Source: a virus
Reading direction: 5' to 3' (one strand)
DNA length: 29,059 bases
IMG/VR virus record: IMGVR_UViG_3300027413_000025
This document shows positions 14,460 to 23,642 of the stretch, in pieces (the stretch's first letter is position 1; each line of letters begins with the position of its first letter). Below the pieces are notes generated by a model. The model worked only from the letters and a program-made list of their open reading frames with translations. It did not search any database and was not told the DNA's origin. A program made the position numbers and the translations under genes.

Positions 14460-14791
14460 ATTTCCTAAAATTAACCGAATATTATATCGGATTAATCGGT
14501 TTAAAACCGGACGATTTTTGGCGGCAAACATGGAGGGAAAACGCTTTAATGGCCGAGGCATATCATAACAAAACGAATCTTGAATGGGAACAAACAAGAT
14601 ATATTTCCGTCATGATTTATAATTCACAATGCAAGAAAAAATCGCAGATGTTAAAACCGCATCAATTGTTTAAATTACCTATTGACGAAAAGCGAAAACA
14701 AAAAAGATTGATCCCACAATCGACAGAAAAAAGAAAAAACGAATTTTTAAAAAAATACAATTCAATGACAAAGAAAACGACGCTAAAATAA
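14429..14791 (+). CDS. Frameshift extension of the tail chaperone (gpGT-like fusion; full product is 14085..14435 joined to 14435..14791)
   Basis: The -1 frame reads ...GKSEAVKSKINFLKLTEYYIGLIGLKPDDFWRQTWRENALMAEAYH... with no stop. The track ORF 14549..14791 is the same frame. Confidence 0.6.
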   Translation, partial: GKSEAVKSKINFLKLTEYYIGLIGLKPDDFWRQTWRENALMAEAYHNKTNLEWEQTRYISVMIYNSQCKKKSQMLKPHQLFKLPIDEKRKQKRLIPQSTEKRKNEFLKKYNSMTKKTTLK

Positions 14792-14807
14792 AAGCGTCTT
14801 TTTTTTT
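14779..14807 (+). terminator. Terminator-like hairpin overlapping the stop of the frameshift product
   Basis: GACGCT (14779-14784) pairs with AGCGTC (14793-14798), followed by T9. Confidence 0.6.
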
Positions 14808-14816
14808 GTATTTTTG
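14805..14816 (+). promoter_or_regulatory. Promoter word TTTG-TATTTTTG upstream of the tape measure gene
   Basis: Exact recurring motif. Confidence 0.5.
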
Positions 14817-14842
14817 TTTCAAGAAATTTTAATTATAACACC

Positions 14843-17641
14843 ATGTCAAGCCAGGAATTAAGAGTCAATTTAACCGGAAATTCGTCAAAATTAACGAGCG
14901 CATTATCAAGCGCGTCGGGAAAATTGGACGCATTCGGATCCAAAATGAAAAGTGTTGGATCAAGTATGACGGCGTCTTTGACTTTGCCTTTGGTTGCAGT
15001 CGCCGGAGCGGCCACAAAAATGGCTTTTGATTTTGACAAATCAATGGGCCAAATTGAATCGTTGGTTGGAATTGCCGGGGACAAGGTCAAACAAATGGGA
15101 GAAACGGCCAAAACAATGGCCGTCAATACCGGTAAAAGCGCAAATGAAGCGGCCGAGGCGTTGTTTTTTATAACGTCCGCCGGATTAAGAGGCGCAGACG
15201 CAACCGATACTTTAAACATGTCTTTAAAGGCGTCCGCAATAGGACTTGGAGAGACAAAACAAATTGCAGATTTAGCGACGTCCGCAATGAATGCTTATGG
15301 CGTTGAAAATATGAGCGCGTCCGCAGCAACCGACATAATGGTTGCAGCCGTTAGAGAGGGAAAATTGGAGGCGTCAGAGTTGGCCGGAGCAATGGGAGGC
15401 GTTATTCCGATTGCGTCAAACATGGGAGTTTCATTTGACGAAGTCGGCGCAGCAATGGCCGCAATGTCAAAAACCGGAACAAATGCAGCAACCGGAGCAA
15501 CACAATTGACCGCAATTTTAGCGAGTATAAAAAAACCAACGGCAGAAGCCGAGGCGGCATTCAATAAAATGGGATTGTCAACGCAAGACGTTCAAGCGTC
15601 GTTGGCGGATCAAGGTTTAATGTCAACACTCGAAATGCTGCAACAAGGTTTGCAAAAAACCGGACAAGATACAACCGCAATTTTTCCAAATATTAGAGCA
15701 TTAAAAGGAGTTTTGGATTTAACGGGAAAAGGGATCGAGGACAACAAAAAAGTTTTTGACGCATTGTCTCAATCAATGGGCGCAACCGATACCGCGTTTG
15801 AAAAAACGGCACAAACGGCGTCTTTTAAAATGGCCAAGGGAATGAATGCAATGAAAGAATCTTTGCATTCAGTCGGTCAAACAATCTTGACGTCAGTCGC
15901 TCCGACAATTGAAAAGTTAGGAAATTTTTTCACATCATTATCCGATAAATTTAAAAGTTTATCGCCGGAGACGCAAAAATTAATTATTGGTTTTGCCGCA
16001 GTCGTTGCAGCAATTGGACCGATCTTGGTCGTTTTGGGAACGCTTATGACAATGGCTCCGGCAATAGGCGCGGCAATCACAATGGCAACCGGTCCCGTTG
16101 GTTTGTTGGTTATAGCATTGGCAGCAGTTGCGGCCGTAATTGCTAAAAATTGGACTCCAATAAAAGCGGCATTGGTTAAAGTTGCTAATTATTTTATTGA
16201 GTTATACAATAACGCTTTGCCGGTCAAATTGATCGTTCAAGCGTTGATCATGCAATTTAAAAATACTTTAGCAACCGGAAAATTTGTTTTTAAAACTTTA
16301 GTCACAATATTAAAAGCATTCGGAAACGCTGCAATGGGTATTTTGGGAAGTTTAGGAGACATTTTAATGGGTATTTTTACCCTTGACATGGGCAAAATAA
16401 AGTCCGGTTTTTCCGGAATTGGAGACGCATTGTCGAGCAATTTATCAAAAGCATTTGACGAAATCGGACAACATGCGTCGGATCTTGGATCAGATGTTGC
16501 CGGAAATTTTAATGATGCATTAAATGCCGGTAAAATTGACAAAATAAAACTTGAAACCGAAACAAGCGAAAAACAAACAACCGAAGTTGAAACAAGTACA
16601 ACAACAGACGCGCCGAGTACAACTCCAGGATCAACAGATTACACCATAAAACCGGCGATTGATCCGGATGCAGCCGCAAAAATTGCAGCGGTTCAACAAG
16701 AAATCAACAACGCTTTAGTCACAAACGACGCGGCCGCCTATGTTGCAAGAAAAGCCGAAGCGACAAAATATTACGACGATTTAATTGCTCAAACAACGGA
16801 GGGATCCGCGCAAGAAATTGCATTGCAACAAGCAAAATCGGCGACATTGGGACAATTAGAAGCCGACGAAAACGCCCGAATGTTGGACGTTAAACAACAA
16901 ATTCTTGATGCAACAAACGCGTCAGAGGAACAACAACAAGCGCTTGAAAAGGAACGCATTGCATTGCATTACGAGGAATTACGAGCAATGGCCGAGGAAA
17001 ACGGATTAATGACCGCAGAAATGAGAGCGGAATTTGACGAAGCCGAAAAGGAGGCACAAATGGCCGTTTATGAGGAAAAAAAGGTCATGTTTATGGGATT
17101 TATGATGACGATGTCAGAGGCCGAAACATTGATGCAAGGAATCGGAACGCAAATTGACGGCGCGTTTGGACAAATAGGAAATTCAATTACGAACGCTTTA
17201 GGAGGCGCAGAATCCGCAATGGGCGCTTTTGTTGGTACACTTGCAAAAGATGCTTTAAAAATAATCGGACATAATTTATCGGTTTCCATGACCAACTCAA
17301 TAACGGGAGCAACCGAATCCGCGAAATCATTCGGACCGGCGGCGGCCTTTGTTTTACCGGCATTAATTGCCGGAGCAACGGCGTTGATTTCAAGTTCGTT
17401 TTCAAAATTTGCGGCCGGTGGTATTGTTAGCGGTCCGACAATGGGACTTGTTGGAGAATATCCAGGAGCAAAATCAAATCCGGAAGTTATTGCGCCATTA
17501 AATAAATTGCAAGGAATGTTGGCAGATAATGGAGGCGGCGGAGGTGGTCAAGTGAATATTGTTGGCGATGTTAGACTTGACGGGCAAGATCTTTTGATTG
17601 CGTTTGAAAGAGCAAACGAAACGGCCGAAAGAATATATTAA
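14843..17641 (+). CDS. Tail tape measure protein (932 aa)
   Basis: Size and position. TP901-type core (SAMNAYG..., Ala/Gly-rich helical repeats), internal TM-like segments and coiled coils. Confidence 0.9.
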   Translation: MSSQELRVNLTGNSSKLTSALSSASGKLDAFGSKMKSVGSSMTASLTLPLVAVAGAATKMAFDFDKSMGQIESLVGIAGDKVKQMGETAKTMAVNTGKSANEAAEALFFITSAGLRGADATDTLNMSLKASAIGLGETKQIADLATSAMNAYGVENMSASAATDIMVAAVREGKLEASELAGAMGGVIPIASNMGVSFDEVGAAMAAMSKTGTNAATGATQLTAILASIKKPTAEAEAAFNKMGLSTQDVQASLADQGLMSTLEMLQQGLQKTGQDTTAIFPNIRALKGVLDLTGKGIEDNKKVFDALSQSMGATDTAFEKTAQTASFKMAKGMNAMKESLHSVGQTILTSVAPTIEKLGNFFTSLSDKFKSLSPETQKLIIGFAAVVAAIGPILVVLGTLMTMAPAIGAAITMATGPVGLLVIALAAVAAVIAKNWTPIKAALVKVANYFIELYNNALPVKLIVQALIMQFKNTLATGKFVFKTLVTILKAFGNAAMGILGSLGDILMGIFTLDMGKIKSGFSGIGDALSSNLSKAFDEIGQHASDLGSDVAGNFNDALNAGKIDKIKLETETSEKQTTEVETSTTTDAPSTTPGSTDYTIKPAIDPDAAAKIAAVQQEINNALVTNDAAAYVARKAEATKYYDDLIAQTTEGSAQEIALQQAKSATLGQLEADENARMLDVKQQILDATNASEEQQQALEKERIALHYEELRAMAEENGLMTAEMRAEFDEAEKEAQMAVYEEKKVMFMGFMMTMSEAETLMQGIGTQIDGAFGQIGNSITNALGGAESAMGAFVGTLAKDALKIIGHNLSVSMTNSITGATESAKSFGPAAAFVLPALIAGATALISSSFSKFAAGGIVSGPTMGLVGEYPGAKSNPEVIAPLNKLQGMLADNGGGGGGQVNIVGDVRLDGQDLLIAFERANETAERIY

Positions 17642-17651
17642 AAATAAAAAA

Positions 17652-19985
17652 ATGGGTTATCAAACAAAATATCGTCTTGATTTTTCAGATGTTGACGGAA
17701 ATCCGTATCGTCTTGAAATATTAAAAAAGGATTATTTATCGACGGAAGTTTTTCCGCTTATTGGAGGTAAAGATCCGATAAAAATATCCTGGCAATCGTC
17801 AGACGATTATTATAAACCAATAATCGGATCTAAATGCACAATTCAATTATTAGAAACCGAATCAACAAATTATGACGAATTTTATAAATTTGACGAAAGA
17901 GAATATAAAGTCAATGTTTATTACGGAAAATCAATTGCAACAAGTTTTGAAAATCGCGTTTTTTCAAACGATACAACGATTGAATCATTGGGATGCATTG
18001 ACGACGTTTTAAATTATGACTCTTTTTATAGTTTTTTCGCAAATCGAGTAAATCAAGATCTTGGAGTAATGGAGGGCGATTTATGTTGGAAATCACAATT
18101 AACGGATTACAAGATTGTTGATTACGATCTTTATTGGACCGGTTTCATGGTCGTTGACAGATACAAGGAAAAACTCCAGGCCAAACCATACAAAATTCAA
18201 TTAAATGCATTTGACGGACTCGGAACGCTTAATGATTTTGACGCGCCTTATTACGAAACATTTGATCAACAAAATGATCTTGGCGCATTAAACGACATTC
18301 AAAGAATTTATAAAATTATTGACGATTTAGATCTTGAAATTCCAATTGCATTTCAACAAGACATTGGAACAATTGCTTTATTTGGATTAAGTTATCCGGT
18401 ACCGGCGCCATTTCCACAACGTTTTCCGTATCATTCAAGCGCTTTTGGTCCGGATGCGGAATTTACCGCAAAATTCGACAACTATTCGTCAAAAAAGACT
18501 TTAGAGGCGTTATTTACTTTAAATAATATGAGAATTTTTCAATCATTTGGGAAATTTTATGTCACACAACATTCAAATTTATTTGATATAAGTCTTAAAA
18601 ATGAAATTAAAGACGAGGTTTCAACGTCAAATCCAACAACAATTCCAACGGAAATTCGAGACAAAATAACACTATTAACGCAGCAACAAAACAACGAAAG
18701 ATTTTTGACCGAAGTTTTTTCCGGGGACAATTATACCGGCGCTTATTTACCAATTTCATTGACAAATGATTACGTTTCAATTTCAGCGCCCGAAAGATTA
18801 ATTCCCGTCTCTAAAAACTTACAAGCGGAATATTTACAACCTTTTGATAAAGTGACAATAAAATGGCAAAGAGGCGATACAATTTTCCCTTTTTACAATT
18901 CCGGATTTGAATACAATAAAGATTTAGCCGGGACAATTATTCCGATTCAATACGAGCAATACAATACATTGACAACTTTAATGACGCAAGAAAATCCAAA
19001 AGCCGGAAATTGGTGCGTTAGAATTCAACCAGGTTTTGACGTTACGACGGCAACGCCGTTGACAATGTTTAGGATCCCAAAAATCGGACAATTTACATTT
19101 CCGTCCGGAGATTTAAGGCCAAAATCAATTGACGAAGTCGGCGATTATGGTTTTAACATGAGTGTTTATAATAAATTTAACACAAACAATTCACAAATCG
19201 GCGGAACAATTTTTGCAAATTTTAGGGTTTCAATGTCAATTAACTGGAACGGACCGACAACATACGTCACAGATTTTTATTATTGGAATCAAGTTGACAA
19301 AAAATGGGTGCAAACGTCGTCATCTCTTACAACATACGTTTTAATGACAAGCGTCAATGAGTATTCAAACGTAAAAATTAAATTCAATACACAAGGAATA
19401 CAACGACGTGACAACCAGGAGGACGCGCAAGGTAATTTGTCAAATGTTGGCACGATTAATTTGACGCCTTTTTTAATGACTCCAACGTGTAATGATGTTG
19501 ATTATAATACAACGTTTTATGACAATGTTACTTTAAACGTTCCGGAACGAGTAAATCCGCCGGACATTGAAAAAACTTATATCACAAAAATAAATTCGCC
19601 AGGAGTTAAAACAACCAAAAAAGAGTTTAAGATTGATTTTGGGGTTTCATTATATCCAAAATACAGATCAAGAGACAATAACATTGGTACCGGGTTTTTT
19701 CCAATTGGCGATTTGTGGAAAGATCCGATACTTTTAAAATCGCAAATTATTGCAAACGATTACAGAGAATTTGTCACACGTTACGACGGCAATTTTAAAA
19801 ACAAAAACAAAAAACCAATTGGATTTCACAATAAAGTTTGGATTGATTACGGCAATTTATTGCAAGAAAAACAATCGTCAATAATTGACGGAATGACTTT
19901 TAATGTGAAACAAAATAATTATAAAATAAAAGCACACGTCCCAAATGACGACGACGACGTTGCAGTTACAACAGATATTCAATAA
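17652..19985 (+). CDS. Large distal tail / tail-tip (host-specificity) protein, 777 aa
   Basis: The only gene between the tape measure gene and the structural-operon terminator. The ATG at 17652 is preferred over the track start at 17598, which overlaps the tape measure gene. Confidence 0.65.
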   Translation: MGYQTKYRLDFSDVDGNPYRLEILKKDYLSTEVFPLIGGKDPIKISWQSSDDYYKPIIGSKCTIQLLETESTNYDEFYKFDEREYKVNVYYGKSIATSFENRVFSNDTTIESLGCIDDVLNYDSFYSFFANRVNQDLGVMEGDLCWKSQLTDYKIVDYDLYWTGFMVVDRYKEKLQAKPYKIQLNAFDGLGTLNDFDAPYYETFDQQNDLGALNDIQRIYKIIDDLDLEIPIAFQQDIGTIALFGLSYPVPAPFPQRFPYHSSAFGPDAEFTAKFDNYSSKKTLEALFTLNNMRIFQSFGKFYVTQHSNLFDISLKNEIKDEVSTSNPTTIPTEIRDKITLLTQQQNNERFLTEVFSGDNYTGAYLPISLTNDYVSISAPERLIPVSKNLQAEYLQPFDKVTIKWQRGDTIFPFYNSGFEYNKDLAGTIIPIQYEQYNTLTTLMTQENPKAGNWCVRIQPGFDVTTATPLTMFRIPKIGQFTFPSGDLRPKSIDEVGDYGFNMSVYNKFNTNNSQIGGTIFANFRVSMSINWNGPTTYVTDFYYWNQVDKKWVQTSSSLTTYVLMTSVNEYSNVKIKFNTQGIQRRDNQEDAQGNLSNVGTINLTPFLMTPTCNDVDYNTTFYDNVTLNVPERVNPPDIEKTYITKINSPGVKTTKKEFKIDFGVSLYPKYRSRDNNIGTGFFPIGDLWKDPILLKSQIIANDYREFVTRYDGNFKNKNKKPIGFHNKVWIDYGNLLQEKQSSIIDGMTFNVKQNNYKIKAHVPNDDDDVAVTTDIQ

Positions 19986-20018
19986 TAAATAAATACTAAC
20001 TTTTTTGTTTTGTTTGCC

Positions 20019-20064
20019 GACGCCAATTTGGAGATTCTTTTTTTCCTTTTTGGCGTCTTTTTTT
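20019..20064 (+). terminator. Terminator ending the structural operon
   Basis: GACGCCAA (20019-20026) pairs with TTGGCGTC (20050-20057), followed by a T-run. Confidence 0.7.
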
Positions 20065-20095
20065 AAAATATTTTTTTTTATTGCAAATTATTTTT

Positions 20096-20103
20096 TATTT
20101 TTG
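20096..20103 (+). promoter_or_regulatory. -7 box TATTTTTG for the replication/recombination module
   Basis: TAnnTTTG match in an AT-rich intergenic region. Confidence 0.45.
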
Positions 20104-20127
20104 CATTAAATCAAAATATTTAAAGAC

Positions 20128-20418
20128 ATGTTTGAAAATCTATTCGTCGCACAAATGAAGCGATTAAAATTAAAGCGTTATGATGTTTGTAAATTGCTAA
20201 AATGCACAATGCCAACATTAAAATCAAGACTCCAAAATCCAACAACATTCACAATTGGCGAGGCCATTATTTTGGCCGAAAACGGGTTTTATTTAAACGC
20301 GATCATGGACTCAATTTTTGAAGTCTATGAAGTGGAATTTCCGCAATTATTAAAAGGAATTTCAAAGGAAAAGAGTAAATTTTTTATTAATTCAAAACAA
20401 GAAAATGAAAACAATTAA
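20128..20418 (+). CDS. Putative HTH DNA-binding protein (96 aa)
   Basis: HTH-like YDVCKLLKCTMPTLKSRLQN. First gene of the module. Confidence 0.4.
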   Translation: MFENLFVAQMKRLKLKRYDVCKLLKCTMPTLKSRLQNPTTFTIGEAIILAENGFYLNAIMDSIFEVYEVEFPQLLKGISKEKSKFFINSKQENENN

Positions 20419-20905
20419 CATCAAAGGGAATGATTATATTCCCGTAAATCAAAGATTGATTTATTTCAGATCAACGGCCATTTATAAAAATTGGCAGATC
20501 AAAGAAAACATTGTTTCGATCAATGAATCGGAGGCAATTTTTAAAGTTACAATTTTAAACGAAAATTCAATTGAAATTGTTTCAGCGCATTCGCAAGAAT
20601 ATCGAGATTCAAGTTATATCAATAAAACATCATTTGTTGAAAATGGTTTTACATCGGCACTTGGTCGCGCATTGGGTTATCTTGGAATCGGAATTGACAC
20701 ATCAATTGCATCAAAAGAGGAAATTGACAACGCTAAAAACAACCAGGATCAAAATATTGAATCAAAGGATTCGCGACCATGGTTGACCGAAACTCAACTT
20801 GTTGCAACATTAAAGGGACAAAAAAGTCAAGCGGAAAATGTTCTTGCCGCTTACAAAATGAAAAAAGAATTTAGAACAAAAATAAAAACAAAGTTTAATT
20901 TATAA
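20405..20905 (+). CDS. Putative Rad52/Sak-like single-strand annealing protein
   Basis: ENGFTSALGRALGYLGIGID resembles the Rad52/Sak (T/S)xAxxRALxxxGxG motif. It neighbours the SSB-like and exonuclease genes. Confidence 0.5.
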   Translation: MKTINIKGNDYIPVNQRLIYFRSTAIYKNWQIKENIVSINESEAIFKVTILNENSIEIVSAHSQEYRDSSYINKTSFVENGFTSALGRALGYLGIGIDTSIASKEEIDNAKNNQDQNIESKDSRPWLTETQLVATLKGQKSQAENVLAAYKMKKEFRTKIKTKFNL

Positions 20906-20915
20906 AAACAAAATC

Positions 20916-21215
20916 ATGAGCAAAAAAACAATTTACGTTGACGGAATAAGATTTTTCCCAAAAGGCGAAACATCAAACGAAAACATTTTGGCAAATGGAG
21001 TAATTACTCCGAACAAATTAATTGAATGTTTAAAAAGAGACGATGTTGTTGACGCAAAAAGCGAATACAACGGAGACGTTCAGTTTAAATTCACTCTTTG
21101 GAGTAATGACGACGGAGGCGTTTCAATGAGTTTTAACACCTACAAACCGAAAGAAGTGTTGGAGGAAAAAACAAGTATTTCGCCAAAAAACAACGATGAC
21201 GATTTACCTTTTTAA
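20916..21215 (+). CDS. Small SSB-like protein (99 aa) with a canonical acidic tip DDDLPF
   Basis: The C-terminal NNDDDLPF matches the SSB client-binding tail. Confidence 0.5.
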   Translation: MSKKTIYVDGIRFFPKGETSNENILANGVITPNKLIECLKRDDVVDAKSEYNGDVQFKFTLWSNDDGGVSMSFNTYKPKEVLEEKTSISPKNNDDDLPF

Positions 21216-21238
21216 TTAAAAATCAATGATCAATCAAG

Positions 21239-21271
21239 GCGGTTTCAATTTATTTTGGAATCGCTTTTTTT
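21239..21271 (+). terminator. Rho-independent terminator
   Basis: GCGGTTTC (21239-21246) pairs with GGAATCGC (21257-21264, two G-U), followed by T7. Confidence 0.6.
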
Positions 21272-21324
21272 AAAGTTTTTTTGCAAATCGAAATAATTTC
21301 TTTAAATTAGTGTTTTTATTATTA

Positions 21325-21357
21325 ACATTTAAACATTTAAAGCATGTCACATTTAAA
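21325..21357 (+). repeat. Three copies of ACATTTAAA (starting at 21325, 21333 and 21349) spanning the ATG at 21344
   Basis: Read directly from ttaACATTTAAACATTTAAAgcatgtcACATTTAAAc. Confidence 0.8.
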
Positions 21358-21532
21358 CAATCAAGCGTCCGGATTTTTGTATTTAAGGACCAAAGCAATG
21401 GAAACAGAAATTGAACGATTAAAGAAAAAAATTCAAAAGCAAAGTTTTAAAAAAAACAAACTTGAATTAAAGATCAGAAAACAAAAACAAGTAATTGACG
21501 AACAAGTTGATTACATTTTAAATCAAAATTAA
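21344..21532 (+). CDS. Hypothetical coiled-coil protein (62 aa)
   Basis: Lys/Glu-rich heptad-like sequence. Confidence 0.5.
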   Translation: MSHLNNQASGFLYLRTKAMETEIERLKKKIQKQSFKKNKLELKIRKQKQVIDEQVDYILNQN

Positions 21533-21542
21533 AAATCAAAAC

Positions 21543-22298
21543 ATGAAAACAAAATTTGACACAAATGAAATTTATCATTCGTCGCCAGGAATAAGCGCGT
21601 CCGGATTAAAATCAATTTACAAAAAATCGGTTTATCATTTTTTAAATCAAAAACCTTTTGAATCGCCGTCAATGGCATTTGGAACGGCCGTTCATGGTGC
21701 AATGTTGGAATCCGAAAAATATTATAATGATTTCCACGTCATGCCAAAAATTGATCGCAGAACAAAAGCCGGAAAAGAACAATTTGAAATTGAACAAAAA
21801 AAAGCCGAGGGAAAACAATTGGTATCTTTTGACGATCATTCAAGGATTACAAAAATTCTTGACAATTTCAGAAACCACGAATTAGCAAAAAAATATTGTC
21901 AAGGCGAAATTGAATTATCACATTATAAAAAATTTGAAAATATTGACGTTAGAATAAGACCGGACGTTTTGAATAGAGTTGGCGATTATATTTCAGACGT
22001 CAAAACATGTCAAGACAATTCGCCAATTGCATTCAAAAGAGATATTTATAAATATTCCTATCATTTACAAGCGGCGTTTTACATGGATCAACTCGGGATC
22101 AACAATTTTAAATTTATCGCCGTTGAATCAAATTATCCTTATTCAATTGAGGTTTACACATTAAGCGATGAATTTTTGGATCAAGGCCGTCGCGCATGGA
22201 AAAAAGCGTTTGCAGATTATAAATTGTATAAAGAAAACGGAATTGTTTCCGGTTATAATTGGAACGATTTTGGCGATGACGGAAGTTTAATATTATAA
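21543..22298 (+). CDS. PD-(D/E)xK exonuclease, RecE/exodeoxyribonuclease VIII-like (DUF3799-type)
   Basis: GISASGLKSI, GTAVHGAMLE, IRPDVL...ISDVKTCQD, YHLQAAFY. Confidence 0.7.
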   Translation: MKTKFDTNEIYHSSPGISASGLKSIYKKSVYHFLNQKPFESPSMAFGTAVHGAMLESEKYYNDFHVMPKIDRRTKAGKEQFEIEQKKAEGKQLVSFDDHSRITKILDNFRNHELAKKYCQGEIELSHYKKFENIDVRIRPDVLNRVGDYISDVKTCQDNSPIAFKRDIYKYSYHLQAAFYMDQLGINNFKFIAVESNYPYSIEVYTLSDEFLDQGRRAWKKAFADYKLYKENGIVSGYNWNDFGDDGSLIL

Positions 22299-22310
22299 AA
22301 ATTTAATAAA

Positions 22311-22784
22311 ATGAAAAAAATTATTTATTGGTTTAAAAACCTTTTTAAAAAACAATCAAAACAAGTGGAAAAAATTGTAATTATTAAAGAATATGACGAT
22401 CCGTTTCAAGAGTTAAACGAATTGATCGTTAAAGTTGACAAACATTTTAATTGTGACATCAGTCAAAACACACGTCAAAGGGAAATCGTAATGGCACGAG
22501 GCGCGTTTTTTTGGTTGGCAAGAAATACAACTTTTTATTCTTTGGCAAAAATTGGAAAATCAGTCAAAAGAGATCATTCGTCGGTCGTTTATGCTTTGAA
22601 ACATTTTCAATCCTGGATTGATCAAGATGTTGTTTTTAAATCGAATTTTGAATCTTTGAAAAAAAATATTTTAAGCGGATTTGAGGAAAAATTTATGACA
22701 AATGACGAATTATTATATCAATATAATTCTTTAAAGATTGAAAACGATATATTAAAAAAAGAATTAATCAAGTTGAAAAAATGA
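22311..22784 (+). CDS. DnaA domain-IV-like HTH protein
   Basis: REIVMARGAFFWLARNTTFYSLAKIGKSVKRDHSSVVYALKHF matches the DnaA C-terminal DNA-binding signature. Confidence 0.55.
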   Translation: MKKIIYWFKNLFKKQSKQVEKIVIIKEYDDPFQELNELIVKVDKHFNCDISQNTRQREIVMARGAFFWLARNTTFYSLAKIGKSVKRDHSSVVYALKHFQSWIDQDVVFKSNFESLKKNILSGFEEKFMTNDELLYQYNSLKIENDILKKELIKLKK

Positions 22785-22889
22785 GCAAATATTTGAATTA
22801 CTTAAATGATAATTATTTTAGGGAAATAAATTTTATATTAATAAAAAGCAAAATGAATGAAAAAACCATAATTGCAAAAAAACGAAAAA

Positions 22890-23120
22890 ATGAAAATAAA
22901 AAAAGATAATAGAGTTCCGGATTATTATATTGGAACAAACAAAAAAAGAAATTATCAAGCGCGTTTTGTTGTTAGCGATTTTGATTGTACTTACAATGTA
23001 GGTACGGCCGTCACTTATTTATTAAGGAGTCCGCGAAAACATGAAAAACCAATTGACGACATTAAAAAAGCAATTGCGCATTTAGAGTTTGAAATCGAAA
23101 AATTAAATGAAAAAAATTAA
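22890..23120 (+). CDS. DUF3310-family protein
   Basis: PDYY...YNVGTAVTYLLRSPRKHEKPIDDIKKAIAHLEFEI. The ATG at 22890 is preferred over the TTG at 22872. Confidence 0.6.
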   Translation: MKIKKDNRVPDYYIGTNKKRNYQARFVVSDFDCTYNVGTAVTYLLRSPRKHEKPIDDIKKAIAHLEFEIEKLNEKN

Positions 23121-23122
23121 AA

Positions 23123-23269
23123 ATGTTTGACGGATTAGAGATCACAATTAAAAAAGTTAAAAAAGATCATTATATTTTAGTAATAATTAAAGGCGATCAA
23201 AAGTTTTCCGAAGTTTTGGAAAAATCACAAATTCGATATTTGATCGGAAAATTAGACAACGAAATTTAA
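23123..23269 (+). CDS. Micro-ORF, 48 aa, hypothetical
   Basis: Hand translation: MFDGLEITIKKVKKDHYILVIIKGDQKFSEVLEKSQIRYLIGKLDNEI. It exactly fills the gap between its neighbours. Confidence 0.45.
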   Translation: MFDGLEITIKKVKKDHYILVIIKGDQKFSEVLEKSQIRYLIGKLDNEI

Positions 23270-23270
23270 A

Positions 23271-23642
23271 ATGAAAAAAAATCCATTTGATAAATATTTA
23301 AAAGGCGAGGATCTTTTACAAAGGGCCGTCATGAATTATATTGAGTTACAATATCCGGGTACTATTTACACTCATCCAATGAACGAGGGCAAGAGATCCA
23401 AATTTGAACAATACAAAATGAAATATCTTGGCGCAAAACCTGGAATTCCGGATCTTTTAATATTTACACCAAATGGAATTTTTAATGGTTTAGCGATTGA
23501 ATTAAAGTATAAGTACAACAAACCGACAGAGAATCAAAAAAAGTGGCTTAAATGGCTTGAAAAGTGCAATTGGAGCGTCCATTGTCATAATGATTTTGAC
23601 GATTGCGTCGAAACGATTAATAAATACTTTAACAAAGAATAA
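23271..23642 (+). CDS. VRR-NUC domain nuclease
   Basis: KPGIPDLLIF...GLAIELKYKYNKPTENQKKWLKWL. Confidence 0.75.
   Translation: MKKNPFDKYLKGEDLLQRAVMNYIELQYPGTIYTHPMNEGKRSKFEQYKMKYLGAKPGIPDLLIFTPNGIFNGLAIELKYKYNKPTENQKKWLKWLEKCNWSVHCHNDFDDCVETINKYFNKE

Noticed and set aside
14549-14791. Independent 80-aa gene downstream of the tail chaperone
   Set aside because: Its frame is open upstream to the G_GGA_AAA slippery site in the chaperone gene, and it has no promoter or leader of its own. It is better explained as the -1 frameshift extension.
14833-15219. 128-aa minus-strand ORF, together with other antisense ORFs at 15295..15564, 15877..16080, 16237..16542 and 17068..17405
   Set aside because: All are nested antisense within the tape measure gene, whose Ala/Gly-rich codons create open antisense frames. 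None has a promoter or start context.
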